From Xylanibacter ruminicola 23 (GTDB lineage Bacteria; Bacteroidota; Bacteroidia; Bacteroidales; Bacteroidaceae), in NCBI RefSeq assembly GCF_000025925.1, contig NC_014033.1, positions 3,570,001 to 3,602,000 of the forward strand: a stretch of DNA of 32,000 nt, in the 5' to 3' direction. Of the stretch, positions 1 through 7,817 are shown piece after piece (position 1 is the stretch's first letter; each line of letters opens with the position of its first letter). The position numbers and the translations under genes were made by a program. The notes under the pieces are model-generated. The model was not told where the DNA came from and searched no databases. It was given only the letters and a program-made list of their open reading frames with translations.

Positions 1-2
1 GT

Positions 3-209
3 ACTTCGGGGTATGAACAGGCGATAGTGTATGCGGCCATCCTCATCAATTATGCTAAAGAATCGCAGCAGGAGTTTGATGAACTGCTGATAGAGAAGCG
101 CTCGGCTTTGCCGCTTGGCTCGTCCAAGAATCGCTATGGTGCCGTGTGGCTGCACTTTGCGGTTAGACCGAAAGATAATCGGCATAAAGTGAATTTTTTG
201 ACTACATGA
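3..209 (+). CDS. 3' end of an unidentified protein-coding gene whose start lies upstream of the window
   Basis: The frame is open from the window edge to TGA at 207-209. I recognise no motif in the 68 visible residues. Confidence 0.4.
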   Translation, partial: TSGYEQAIVYAAILINYAKESQQEFDELLIEKRSALPLGSSKNRYGAVWLHFAVRPKDNRHKVNFLTT

Positions 210-232
210 TGTAGTAATTCCGAAGAAAGTAG

Positions 233-240
233 TAATTTTG
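233..240 (+). promoter_or_regulatory. Bacteroidota -7 promoter box (TAATTTTG)
   Basis: Exact TAnnTTTG match 27 nt upstream of the ATG at 268. A GTAGTAATT direct repeat (212-220 and 229-237) overlaps it. Confidence 0.55.
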
Positions 241-267
241 CAATCGAAAAATTATTTATCTAAATTA

Positions 268-2118
268 ATGAGACGAAGAATATTATTACTATTCATCATA
301 CCTGCATTCCTGCGCGTTTTTGCGCAGGAATCGCATGGATGGGAGACGTACTTGAATCAGGTGATGACGGCTGAGGATGCGGCATCGGAGGGGTGGCAGC
401 AGACGTACGATCTGCTGAGCGACCTGGTGCAGCACCCCATCAACATTAATACCGCCACACGTGAACAGCTGGAGGCCATCCCCTTTTTGTCGGCACAACA
501 GGTAGAGGAGCTGATGGCCTACCTGTACCGCTATGCACCGATGCAATCGACTGCCGAACTGCGTATGATGACACTGTTGACACCTGCCCAGCGCGAACTG
601 CTGAGCTACTGCGTTTATACAGGTGATAGCAAACCCAAACGCTACTTACACCACGAACTGACAGCCACCGCCAAGCTGCCACTAAGCAACGGGCACTGGT
701 TTCGCTACCAGCTGCAATATGGCGACCGGCTGAAGGCGGGGCTGGTGGGTGATTTGGATGCTGACGAACCCTTTATGAAGGGCCCCAACCGATGGGGATA
801 CGACTACTATGCACCGTATGTGCAGCTGAACCACTGGGGACGTATAGAGACACTGGTGCTGGGTAGCTACAGAGTGAGCATGGGTATGGGCTTGGTGATG
901 AACAACAGCTTTAGTTTAGGCAAGATAGCCATGCTACAGAACTTGGGGCGCAGCACAAACACCTTGCGGGCACACGCCTCGAGAACGGAGAACGCACTTC
1001 AAGGTGCAGGTATAACCCTGAAGTTAGGGCGCGGTTGGCAGACTACTGCGTTTGTGGGGTATGTGCCGATGGATGCCACGCTGAATAAGGACGGTAGCGC
1101 ACGTACGATACTAACCACTGGCTACCACCGTACGGAAGCCGAAATAGCTAAGAAATATAATTTGCACGCCCTGAAAACGGGTGGTAGTGTGCGTTATACG
1201 GGACATGGACTGCACATAGGGCTGAACGGGCTTTACGTGCATCTGGACCGGCCGCTGCAACCTAACACCAAACAGCTATACAACCTGTATAAACCGCAGG
1301 GCAGTAGTTTTGTGAACATGAGCACGGACTACGGCTATGCCAATAGCAAATGGTCACTGAACGGTGAAACGGCTGTGGATGGGCACGGGCATATAGCCAC
1401 TATCAACAGTGTGAGCGTGGCGATGGGTAGTAACCTGACGCTGATGGCACTGCAGCGCTATTACCAGTACCGTTATACCTCGCTGGATGCACAGAGCTAT
1501 AGCGATGGGGGCAGCGTGCAGAACGAAAGCGGCGTGTATGTGGGAGCTACCTGGCAGCCATCCTCTAAATGGCAGGTGGCGGCTTATGCCGACTGGGCTT
1601 ACTTTCCGTGGGTAAGGTACCGACAGCAGGCGGGTACTTACACAATGGACTATCTGCTACAGACAACCTATACCAGCAGCCGCTGGAAACTGAGCGGCAG
1701 GTACCGACTGAAAGCCAAGCAACAGGAACACCGCACCAGACTGGCAGCTGAATACAACTGGGACTGCGGCTTGGGTATGCGCACCCAGCTGGATGGCAAC
1801 TATGGTGCGGATGGAGGAACGGAGATAGGTGCTATGCTGAGTGAGAGCATGGCCTACACTTATAAGTGGTTGCGACTGAACGCTGGAGCGGGCTATTACC
1901 ATACGGATGGTTATAATAGCCGACTGTATGTGTATGAGAACGGACCGCTATATACCTATGCCATGCAGCAGCTGTATGGCGAGGGCGTACGTTATTGGCT
2001 GATGCTACGCGCTAATGCAGGAAAACACTTGCTGCTGACTGCCAAAATGGGCGTAAACAACAACTTTGAACGCGAATCGAAAACGGATATGATGCTTCAG
2101 CTGCGGCTTAAGATCTGA
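268..2118 (+). CDS. Secreted helix-hairpin-helix (ComEA-like) domain protein with a Tyr/Gly/Asn-rich C-terminal region, putatively an outer-membrane beta-barrel
   Basis: ATG at 268 gives the signal peptide MRRRILLLFIIPAFLRVFAQ. The HhH segment is ININTATREQLEAIPFLSAQQVEEL. About 500 further residues have alternating aromatic/Gly composition. The TTG at 238 in the ORF track is probably not the real start. Confidence 0.7.
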   Translation: MRRRILLLFIIPAFLRVFAQESHGWETYLNQVMTAEDAASEGWQQTYDLLSDLVQHPININTATREQLEAIPFLSAQQVEELMAYLYRYAPMQSTAELRMMTLLTPAQRELLSYCVYTGDSKPKRYLHHELTATAKLPLSNGHWFRYQLQYGDRLKAGLVGDLDADEPFMKGPNRWGYDYYAPYVQLNHWGRIETLVLGSYRVSMGMGLVMNNSFSLGKIAMLQNLGRSTNTLRAHASRTENALQGAGITLKLGRGWQTTAFVGYVPMDATLNKDGSARTILTTGYHRTEAEIAKKYNLHALKTGGSVRYTGHGLHIGLNGLYVHLDRPLQPNTKQLYNLYKPQGSSFVNMSTDYGYANSKWSLNGETAVDGHGHIATINSVSVAMGSNLTLMALQRYYQYRYTSLDAQSYSDGGSVQNESGVYVGATWQPSSKWQVAAYADWAYFPWVRYRQQAGTYTMDYLLQTTYTSSRWKLSGRYRLKAKQQEHRTRLAAEYNWDCGLGMRTQLDGNYGADGGTEIGAMLSESMAYTYKWLRLNAGAGYYHTDGYNSRLYVYENGPLYTYAMQQLYGEGVRYWLMLRANAGKHLLLTAKMGVNNNFERESKTDMMLQLRLKI

Positions 2119-3239
2119 TGATAGAGCTGATAAACCTGGCCGGCGACATCGGTGCCAGCGAAACGCTGCACATAGGTCTGGCTGCGCTGGATGCGGGCCT
2201 CGCGATGGGCTGAACCAATCAGCGAGCGGCGGATGGCATTGGCCATACCTAACACATCGCCTGGCGACACATAGATGTTGTCGGGGCCGCCAGCCTCTTC
2301 GAGACAGGAACCGCTGCAAGCCACTACTGGCAAACCGCAACGGATGGCCTCGATGATAGGTATGCCGAAACCCTCGTAAACACTGGGATAAACAAACACT
2401 TCGGCCATAGCATAAAGGGCGGGCAGGTGCTCGTCGGGGACACCATGCAGGATACGTACACGCTGCTGCAGGTTCTGACGCTGTGCGTAGGCCATCACCT
2501 TATGGGTGTAATCGGTGGGGCGGCCGATGATGACCAGCGACACATCGGAGGGCAGATAGAGCAGCGCCTGAACGGCCTGCAGCACATTCTTGCGCGTTTC
2601 GATAGAACCCACATTCAGGATGTAACGCTGGGGTAACTGGTAATGCTGGGCTACCTGCTGCAGCACGGCGGCATCGGTCTCGGCACCGAAACGCTGGGCA
2701 CAACTCTGGTAGATGAGCGAGATTTTCTCGTCGGGTACCTGACCGTACTGGATGATATCGTGCTTGGTACGCTCGCTGATGGCAATGATATGGGTGGCCT
2801 CGCGCAGGGTGCGACGGAACTTCCAGGTGTAGAGCTTGACATCGATGGGATTGTAAAACTCAGGATGGCGCAGGAATATCAAATCGTGGATGGTAACTAC
2901 GCTGGGGATGCCGCTCTGACTGATGCCAAGGGGCAGTTCGCCCGATAAGCCATGATAGAGCTGGATGCCATCGCGCTTAAGATCGGCTACGATACCCTTG
3001 GTACGCCAGTAGGCGTTGCCCAACGGCCATCGTTTGTTGGCAAACTTAAATGCTACATTGGGGCGCTCTATGATTTGGTTGCGCAGAGGGGCGCGACCGG
3101 CATCTGGGGCATAGAGGCTGAGCTGCAGGGGATACTGGGCCAGATCGTTGACCAACGTGCGGCCATAGGCACCAAGGCCTGTGCCGTTGCGAACAATGCG
3201 CTTGGCATCGAAACCGATATGAAGGGGCGTGTTACTCAT
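2097..3239 (-). CDS. GT-B fold glycosyltransferase (Glycos_transf_1 / CAZy GT4-like)
   Basis: Start MSNTPLHIGFDAKRI at ATG 3239. The C-terminal half carries the GT4 pattern (RKNV, VFVYPSVYEGFGIPIIEA). The ORF-track extension to 3413 overlaps the GtrA-like gene and is rejected. Confidence 0.8.
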   Translation of the reverse strand: MSNTPLHIGFDAKRIVRNGTGLGAYGRTLVNDLAQYPLQLSLYAPDAGRAPLRNQIIERPNVAFKFANKRWPLGNAYWRTKGIVADLKRDGIQLYHGLSGELPLGISQSGIPSVVTIHDLIFLRHPEFYNPIDVKLYTWKFRRTLREATHIIAISERTKHDIIQYGQVPDEKISLIYQSCAQRFGAETDAAVLQQVAQHYQLPQRYILNVGSIETRKNVLQAVQALLYLPSDVSLVIIGRPTDYTHKVMAYAQRQNLQQRVRILHGVPDEHLPALYAMAEVFVYPSVYEGFGIPIIEAIRCGLPVVACSGSCLEEAGGPDNIYVSPGDVLGMANAIRRSLIGSAHREARIQRSQTYVQRFAGTDVAGQVYQLYHQILSRS

Positions 3240-3246
3240 GATAATA

Positions 3247-3636
3247 CTATTGCTTTTTAAAGTGCTTGAATACAAAACGAACCATGATGAAATTGGCGGG
3301 CACAGCGATGGCCAGTACTGCCAATGGGGCCACAGCACGACTGAGACCCAACCACAGGAAGAAATTGAACAGCACGATGTGCAGCACGTAGTTGACTGCA
3401 TGGGCGCCGCCAAAACCTATGCCGTTGCGGGCTGAGGTTTTTTCGCGGAAGGTGAAGTGGGCCGACAGGTAGTAGTTGACTAAGAAACTAACGATATAGC
3501 CCACCGTATAGGCAATGTTAACCTCGATAAAGTGCTGCAGCAACCAGTACACACCGTAGTGGATGGCGGCGGCAGTGGTGCCCACAATACCGAAGCGAAC
3601 AATCTGACCAAATGTTTCCTTTTTATCCATGAACAT
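3247..3636 (-). CDS. GtrA-family small membrane protein (lipid-linked sugar translocation accessory)
   Basis: About 130 aa with four hydrophobic helices. The N-terminus has the typical GtrA pattern (FGIVGTTAAAIHYGVYWLL ... HFTF). ATG at 3636, or alternatively 3630. It sits 7 nt upstream of the GT4 gene. Confidence 0.8.
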   Translation of the reverse strand: MFMDKKETFGQIVRFGIVGTTAAAIHYGVYWLLQHFIEVNIAYTVGYIVSFLVNYYLSAHFTFREKTSARNGIGFGGAHAVNYVLHIVLFNFFLWLGLSRAVAPLAVLAIAVPANFIMVRFVFKHFKKQ

Positions 3637-3648
3637 GAAATTTTGGTG

Positions 3649-3656
3649 CAAAGATA
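3649..3656 (-). promoter_or_regulatory. -7 promoter box (TATCTTTG on minus strand) for the GtrA-like/GT4 operon
   Basis: Exact TAnnTTTG 12 nt upstream of the ATG at 3636. It forms part of the 12-bp inverted repeat. Confidence 0.55.
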
Positions 3657-3678
3657 CAAATAATTCGGTATAATTGTG

Positions 3679-3686
3679 TACCTTTG
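3679..3686 (+). promoter_or_regulatory. -7 promoter box (TACCTTTG) for the CE4/GT2/GT87 operon
   Basis: Exact TAnnTTTG 24 nt upstream of the ATG at 3711. Confidence 0.6.
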
Positions 3687-3710
3687 CACCAAATTATACC
3701 AATTATTATC

Positions 3711-4487
3711 ATGATACTATTGAGTTTTGATACCGAAGAGTTTGATGTGCCCCGCGAACATGGCGTGGATTTTACATTACAACAAGGTATGGAAGTTTCG
3801 AAGGAAGGCACGCGCCGCATATTGGACTGCTTGAAGCAGAACGGCGTGAAGGCTACCTTTTTTTGCACAGGCAATTTTGCAGAGAATGCACCCGAACTGA
3901 TGCAACGGATTATGGACGAAGGGCACGAGGTGGCCTGTCATGGCGTGGATCACTTTGAGCCGAAAGAGACTGACTTTGCCCGATCGAAGGAAATAGTGGA
4001 ACGGGTAACCGGACGAACGGTGTACGGCTACCGACAGCCACGTATGTTCCCCGTGGTGGAGAGCGAAATAAAGCGTGCGGGCTATCGCTATAACTCGAGT
4101 TTGAACCCTGCGTTCATTCCCGGCAGATACATGCATCTGACTGAACCCAGAACCTGGTTTATGAAGGATGGGGTGATGCAGATACCGGCTTCGGTAACAC
4201 CGCTGATACGATTCCCGCTGTTCTGGCTGGCACTGCACAACCTGCCACAGAGCGTGTACCACTGGCTGGTGAGAAGGGTGCTGAAGCACGATGGCTACTT
4301 TGTGACCTACTTTCACCCATGGGAGTTTTACGACCTGAAGGAGCACCCCGAGTTTAAGATGCCCTTTATTATCAAGAACCACAGCGGACGTGAGATGGCT
4401 GGGCGACTTGACAAGCTGATAAAGATGCTGAAAGCCCACGGCCACGAATTTATAACTTACACGGAATTTACTGACAAGCAACTATAA
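3711..4487 (+). CDS. Polysaccharide deacetylase family protein (CE4; ArnD/LgmC-like candidate)
   Basis: Starts MILLSFDTEEFD (CE4 motif 1, TFDD-like). Contains ATFFCTG and HEVACHGVDH (His-His metal motif). No signal peptide. ATG at 3711. Confidence 0.75.
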   Translation: MILLSFDTEEFDVPREHGVDFTLQQGMEVSKEGTRRILDCLKQNGVKATFFCTGNFAENAPELMQRIMDEGHEVACHGVDHFEPKETDFARSKEIVERVTGRTVYGYRQPRMFPVVESEIKRAGYRYNSSLNPAFIPGRYMHLTEPRTWFMKDGVMQIPASVTPLIRFPLFWLALHNLPQSVYHWLVRRVLKHDGYFVTYFHPWEFYDLKEHPEFKMPFIIKNHSGREMAGRLDKLIKMLKAHGHEFITYTEFTDKQL

Positions 4488-4506
4488 GATAACAACAAAC
4501 GAATGT

Positions 4507-5454
4507 ATGAAAACGGTAACAATTATACTGCCTGCCTATAACGAGGAGTCGTCGTTCGAGCTACTGAAAGAACGGATGGGCGAGGTGCTGAAACAGAACC
4601 CGGACTACAACTGGGAGTTTCTGCTGGTAAACGATGGCAGTAGCGACCATACGCTGCAGCAGATGATGCGACTGCACCGCGAAGACCTGCATTACAACTA
4701 TCTGGACCTGAGCCGCAACTACGGCAAGGAGATAGCGATGATGGCTGGTTTTGACTATGCCAAAGGCGATGCCGTAATAGTGATGGACGCCGACATGCAG
4801 CACCCGATAGACGTGATACCCGAGATGCTGCAATACTGGGAGCAGGGTTACGACGACGTGTATGCCACCCGACAGGACAGTAAGGAGAGTTGGCTGAAGC
4901 GTAAGACATCGCACTGGTACTACGAGGTGCTGCAATCGGTTACCAAGGTGCCCATACAGAAGGATACCGGTGACTTCAGACTGCTGGACCGCTCGTGTGT
5001 GGAGGCCTTGAAACAGATGCGCGAAACCGAACGTAACACCAAGGGTATGTACTCGTGGATAGGATTCCGCAAAAAGGGCATCGGCTACAAGCAGCTGGAG
5101 CGACAGACGGGTGAGAGCAAATGGAGCACACGCGCGCTGATGCACCTGGCACTGAACGGTATCATGTCGTACACCACCGCACCGCTGCGACTGGCATCGG
5201 TACTGGGACTGATCGTATCGTTTGCGGCTTTCCTGTATCTGATATACATTATTGTGATTACCAATTTGTATGGCGAGCCGGTTCAGGGTTATCCTACGAT
5301 GATGGTAACGATACTCTTCTTAGGTGGCATACAGCTGCTGAGCTTGGGCATCCTGGGTGAGTATGTGGCAAAGATTTTTAATGAAGTGAAGGGCCGACCG
5401 GGCTACTTCCTGAACTCGTATAATGGCGAACGAAACCATGTGGCAAAAAATTAA
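4507..5454 (+). CDS. Polyprenyl-phosphate glycosyltransferase, GT2 (GtrB/ArnC/DPM1-like)
   Basis: Contains IILPAYNEE, LVNDGSSD and MDADMQHP (DxD). Two C-terminal TM helices carry GILGEYVAKIFNEVKGRPGY, typical of GtrB/ArnC-type enzymes. Confidence 0.85.
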   Translation: MKTVTIILPAYNEESSFELLKERMGEVLKQNPDYNWEFLLVNDGSSDHTLQQMMRLHREDLHYNYLDLSRNYGKEIAMMAGFDYAKGDAVIVMDADMQHPIDVIPEMLQYWEQGYDDVYATRQDSKESWLKRKTSHWYYEVLQSVTKVPIQKDTGDFRLLDRSCVEALKQMRETERNTKGMYSWIGFRKKGIGYKQLERQTGESKWSTRALMHLALNGIMSYTTAPLRLASVLGLIVSFAAFLYLIYIIVITNLYGEPVQGYPTMMVTILFLGGIQLLSLGILGEYVAKIFNEVKGRPGYFLNSYNGERNHVAKN

Positions 5455-6565
5455 GCATATCAAAAACAAAGAACAGATATTATTTTGGTTGGGACTGATT
5501 ATCATGGTGGCAGCAACTGCCATCGAAACGCTGCGTGGCAGGGCCAGCAACTACTATGTGTATAGCGATGCCACCAGCATGTTCTGGCACGGACTGACAC
5601 CTTACACCCAGCAGTTTATTACCGACCATGGGCGCTATTTTCTTTATACACCCGTGTTTACCACCCTGTATGCACCTATCCTGCTGCTGCCCAAATGGTT
5701 AGGGCCGTTTGCATGGAACGGCATGCTGTATGCCCTGATGGTAACGGCCATCAGAACGCTGCCGGGCGAGGTGAACAAATACCGCACTAAGATTTTCGGA
5801 TTCCTGCTGTTGCTGATAGTGCAGGGCACCTTCTGTTTTCAGTATAACCTGGTGGTGTGCGCGCTGTTCCTGTTGGCCTTTACGCTGCTGGAGCGTAACA
5901 AGCCGCTGTGGGCGGTACTGCTGATTATGATTTCGGCTACCACTAAGATTTATGGCGGTATAGAGTTGGCGCTGCTGTTGTGCTATCCCAAAATGTGGCG
6001 TAACCTTGGCGCTGCGGTGCTGATGGGCGTGGGATTGCTGTTGCTGCCAGCCTTGAACCCGATGTTTGAGCACCCGCTTGACCTGTACCGACAGATGGGC
6101 GAGATGCTGACACAGCACGGCGATTCGGGTACCTGGGCAGGACTGCTGTTTGCACCCGTACTGCGCGATGTGCTGCTGCCAAACATGCGAGCCATACAGT
6201 TGGGTGTGCTGGCCGTATTGGCTGCCATCTTCTTCTGGAAGTACCGTTTGTGGAACAATTACAGATTCAGAGTAACGGCCTTAGCAGTGATGATGGGCTA
6301 CGTGATACTGTTTAGCGACAGTCCGGAAACACATACGTACCTGATTGCCTTGGCTGGCTACCAGATGGTGTTCTGGTTGCAACCCAAACGTACCACGATA
6401 GACTGGGTGATATTCTGGCTACTGTTCGTAAACTTCTGCATCTTCCCTGTAGATGCACTCTGTCCTGTAGCAGTATATAAATTCTTCCACAATAACTTCT
6501 GGTTTGATATCTATTGCATGACGCTGGCCTGGGTGCGCATGGTTTGGGCTGTGGTGAAGGCATAA
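5423..6565 (+). CDS. Polytopic membrane glycosyltransferase, GT-C fold (DUF2029/GT87-like), paralogue A
   Basis: At least 10 hydrophobic segments. Shares YFLY-P-F and TKIYG motifs with the neighbouring paralogue. The start is ATG 5423 or 5438, and either overlaps the GT2 3' end. Confidence 0.6.
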   Translation: MANETMWQKIKHIKNKEQILFWLGLIIMVAATAIETLRGRASNYYVYSDATSMFWHGLTPYTQQFITDHGRYFLYTPVFTTLYAPILLLPKWLGPFAWNGMLYALMVTAIRTLPGEVNKYRTKIFGFLLLLIVQGTFCFQYNLVVCALFLLAFTLLERNKPLWAVLLIMISATTKIYGGIELALLLCYPKMWRNLGAAVLMGVGLLLLPALNPMFEHPLDLYRQMGEMLTQHGDSGTWAGLLFAPVLRDVLLPNMRAIQLGVLAVLAAIFFWKYRLWNNYRFRVTALAVMMGYVILFSDSPETHTYLIALAGYQMVFWLQPKRTTIDWVIFWLLFVNFCIFPVDALCPVAVYKFFHNNFWFDIYCMTLAWVRMVWAVVKA

Positions 6566-7716
6566 TCCTTGGTGAGCATCTCGTAAATGAGCTTAAACCA
6601 GATGATAGCTACAGGCAGGGCCTTGAGCGAATAGGGCTTGATGAGCTGGCTCCATACTACCTTTGGAAAGAGGTCGGATGGCGACATCGACGTGATGATA
6701 AAGGCGAAGATGATGAGTGCCAGATCGCAGCGGTTGCGCTGCCAAGGACTGGTGAGATACCAGATGGCTACACCGGGCATGGCGATGATGTAGCTGTACG
6801 ACTCGGAACCGGTGCTGAACAGCACAATCGTCATGAGCGCTGAGGCTACGGCTGCCAGGCGGAACCCCTGATGGCGATACTGATCGAGTCGCAGATAAGG
6901 CAGAGCGAAGAGAATGGCACCAGGCAGGATAAGCCAGATATCGTTGTAACTGGCGATGCCTGATATCTTACGTACCATACCCAATAGTGAGATGTTCTGA
7001 CCGGCGGCAAACTGGTTGAGGTCGTTCTTATGTACCAGCACATCGTACCAGGCACCGTACTGGCCGCACACGTAATCGAACCCGAATACGAACATGGGCA
7101 GTACCGACAGAATGACCATCCAGGCTACAAACCAGCCTAAGAACTGGCGCTTATGGTGCGAGAAGGGGAAGAACGCCAAGCCCGCAATACCGTAGATTTT
7201 GGTGACAGTGCCCAAGGCGATGAGAAACGCCGCCCAGCAATCCTTCTGCTTCTGGGTGAGGTAATAGGTGAACAGGATGCAGGCTAAGATGAGACTGTTG
7301 CTCTCGGAATCGAGTATGCAGGTATAGGCTTCGACGGCCACAAACCACAGGATGAACAGCTGCTGACTGCGGGTGAAGAACGACTGGCGTATGCTCCAAT
7401 AAGGCACAAACGTGATGAGCAGCATCCAGATCAGTCGGCCTAACTGATAGGGCAGCACTGCCATGGGTGCCATGAGCAGCGGGAAGAGCGGTCCGTATAG
7501 AAAATAATTACCATCCTCGGGGTAGATAATATACAGTGGCATTTGTTGCCAGGCATGCCAGAACGAGTGGTAGAAGATGGAATAATCGAGGTCGAACTTA
7601 CCCTTGAGCCAAATGCGCAGCCAAGGGATGATGGCCATGATGAGCCATACGAAAAACACGACACGAAAGTCGGCCAGATAGTGTTTAATCTTAGAGGTTA
7701 ATACAGATAGTTTCAT
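6511..7716 (-). CDS. Polytopic membrane glycosyltransferase, GT-C fold (DUF2029/GT87-like), paralogue B
   Basis: ATG at 7716 (MKLSVLTSKIKHYL). Contains YFLYGPLFPLLMAP and TVTKIYGIAG, matching paralogue A. The TTG at 7743 in the ORF track lies inside the promoter box. Confidence 0.6.
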   Translation of the reverse strand: MKLSVLTSKIKHYLADFRVVFFVWLIMAIIPWLRIWLKGKFDLDYSIFYHSFWHAWQQMPLYIIYPEDGNYFLYGPLFPLLMAPMAVLPYQLGRLIWMLLITFVPYWSIRQSFFTRSQQLFILWFVAVEAYTCILDSESNSLILACILFTYYLTQKQKDCWAAFLIALGTVTKIYGIAGLAFFPFSHHKRQFLGWFVAWMVILSVLPMFVFGFDYVCGQYGAWYDVLVHKNDLNQFAAGQNISLLGMVRKISGIASYNDIWLILPGAILFALPYLRLDQYRHQGFRLAAVASALMTIVLFSTGSESYSYIIAMPGVAIWYLTSPWQRNRCDLALIIFAFIITSMSPSDLFPKVVWSQLIKPYSLKALPVAIIWFKLIYEMLTKDYAFTTAQTMRTQASVMQ

Positions 7717-7740
7717 GATCAAAAGGTAAATAATTCTTTG

Positions 7741-7748
7741 CAAAGGTA
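7741..7748 (-). promoter_or_regulatory. -7 promoter box (TACCTTTG on minus strand) for GT87-like paralogue B
   Basis: Exact TAnnTTTG 24 nt upstream of the ATG at 7716. Confidence 0.6.
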
Positions 7749-7790
7749 TAAAAATTTTAGTAGTTTTGGTATAAAAAGCTAAAAAAATTG

Positions 7791-7798
7791 TAACTTTG
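7791..7798 (+). promoter_or_regulatory. -7 promoter box (TAACTTTG) for the PLP enzyme/LicC-like/GT2 operon
   Basis: Exact TAnnTTTG 19 nt upstream of the ATG at 7818. Confidence 0.6.
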
Positions 7799-7817
7799 CA
7801 CCCAAATAAAATAAATT

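Larger units (their letters stand above)
3642..3693. repeat. Perfect 12-bp inverted repeat (TTTGGTGCAAAG / CTTTGCACCAAA) with a 28-bp spacer, spanning divergent promoters
   Basis: Read directly: 3642-3653 is the reverse complement of 3682-3693. Confidence 0.9.

Noticed and set aside
3240-3413. N-terminal 58-aa extension of the GT4 ORF
   Set aside because: The extension overlaps the 3' part of the GtrA-family gene and is Cys/Ser/Trp-rich. The conserved GT4 N-terminus begins at the ATG at 3239.
3777-5145. Long antisense ORFs (3777-4481, 4523-4909 and 4561-5145) opposite the CE4 and GT2 genes
   Set aside because: They lie entirely within well-supported genes on the other strand. Their His/Gln/Val-rich composition is low in information and typical of antisense translation.
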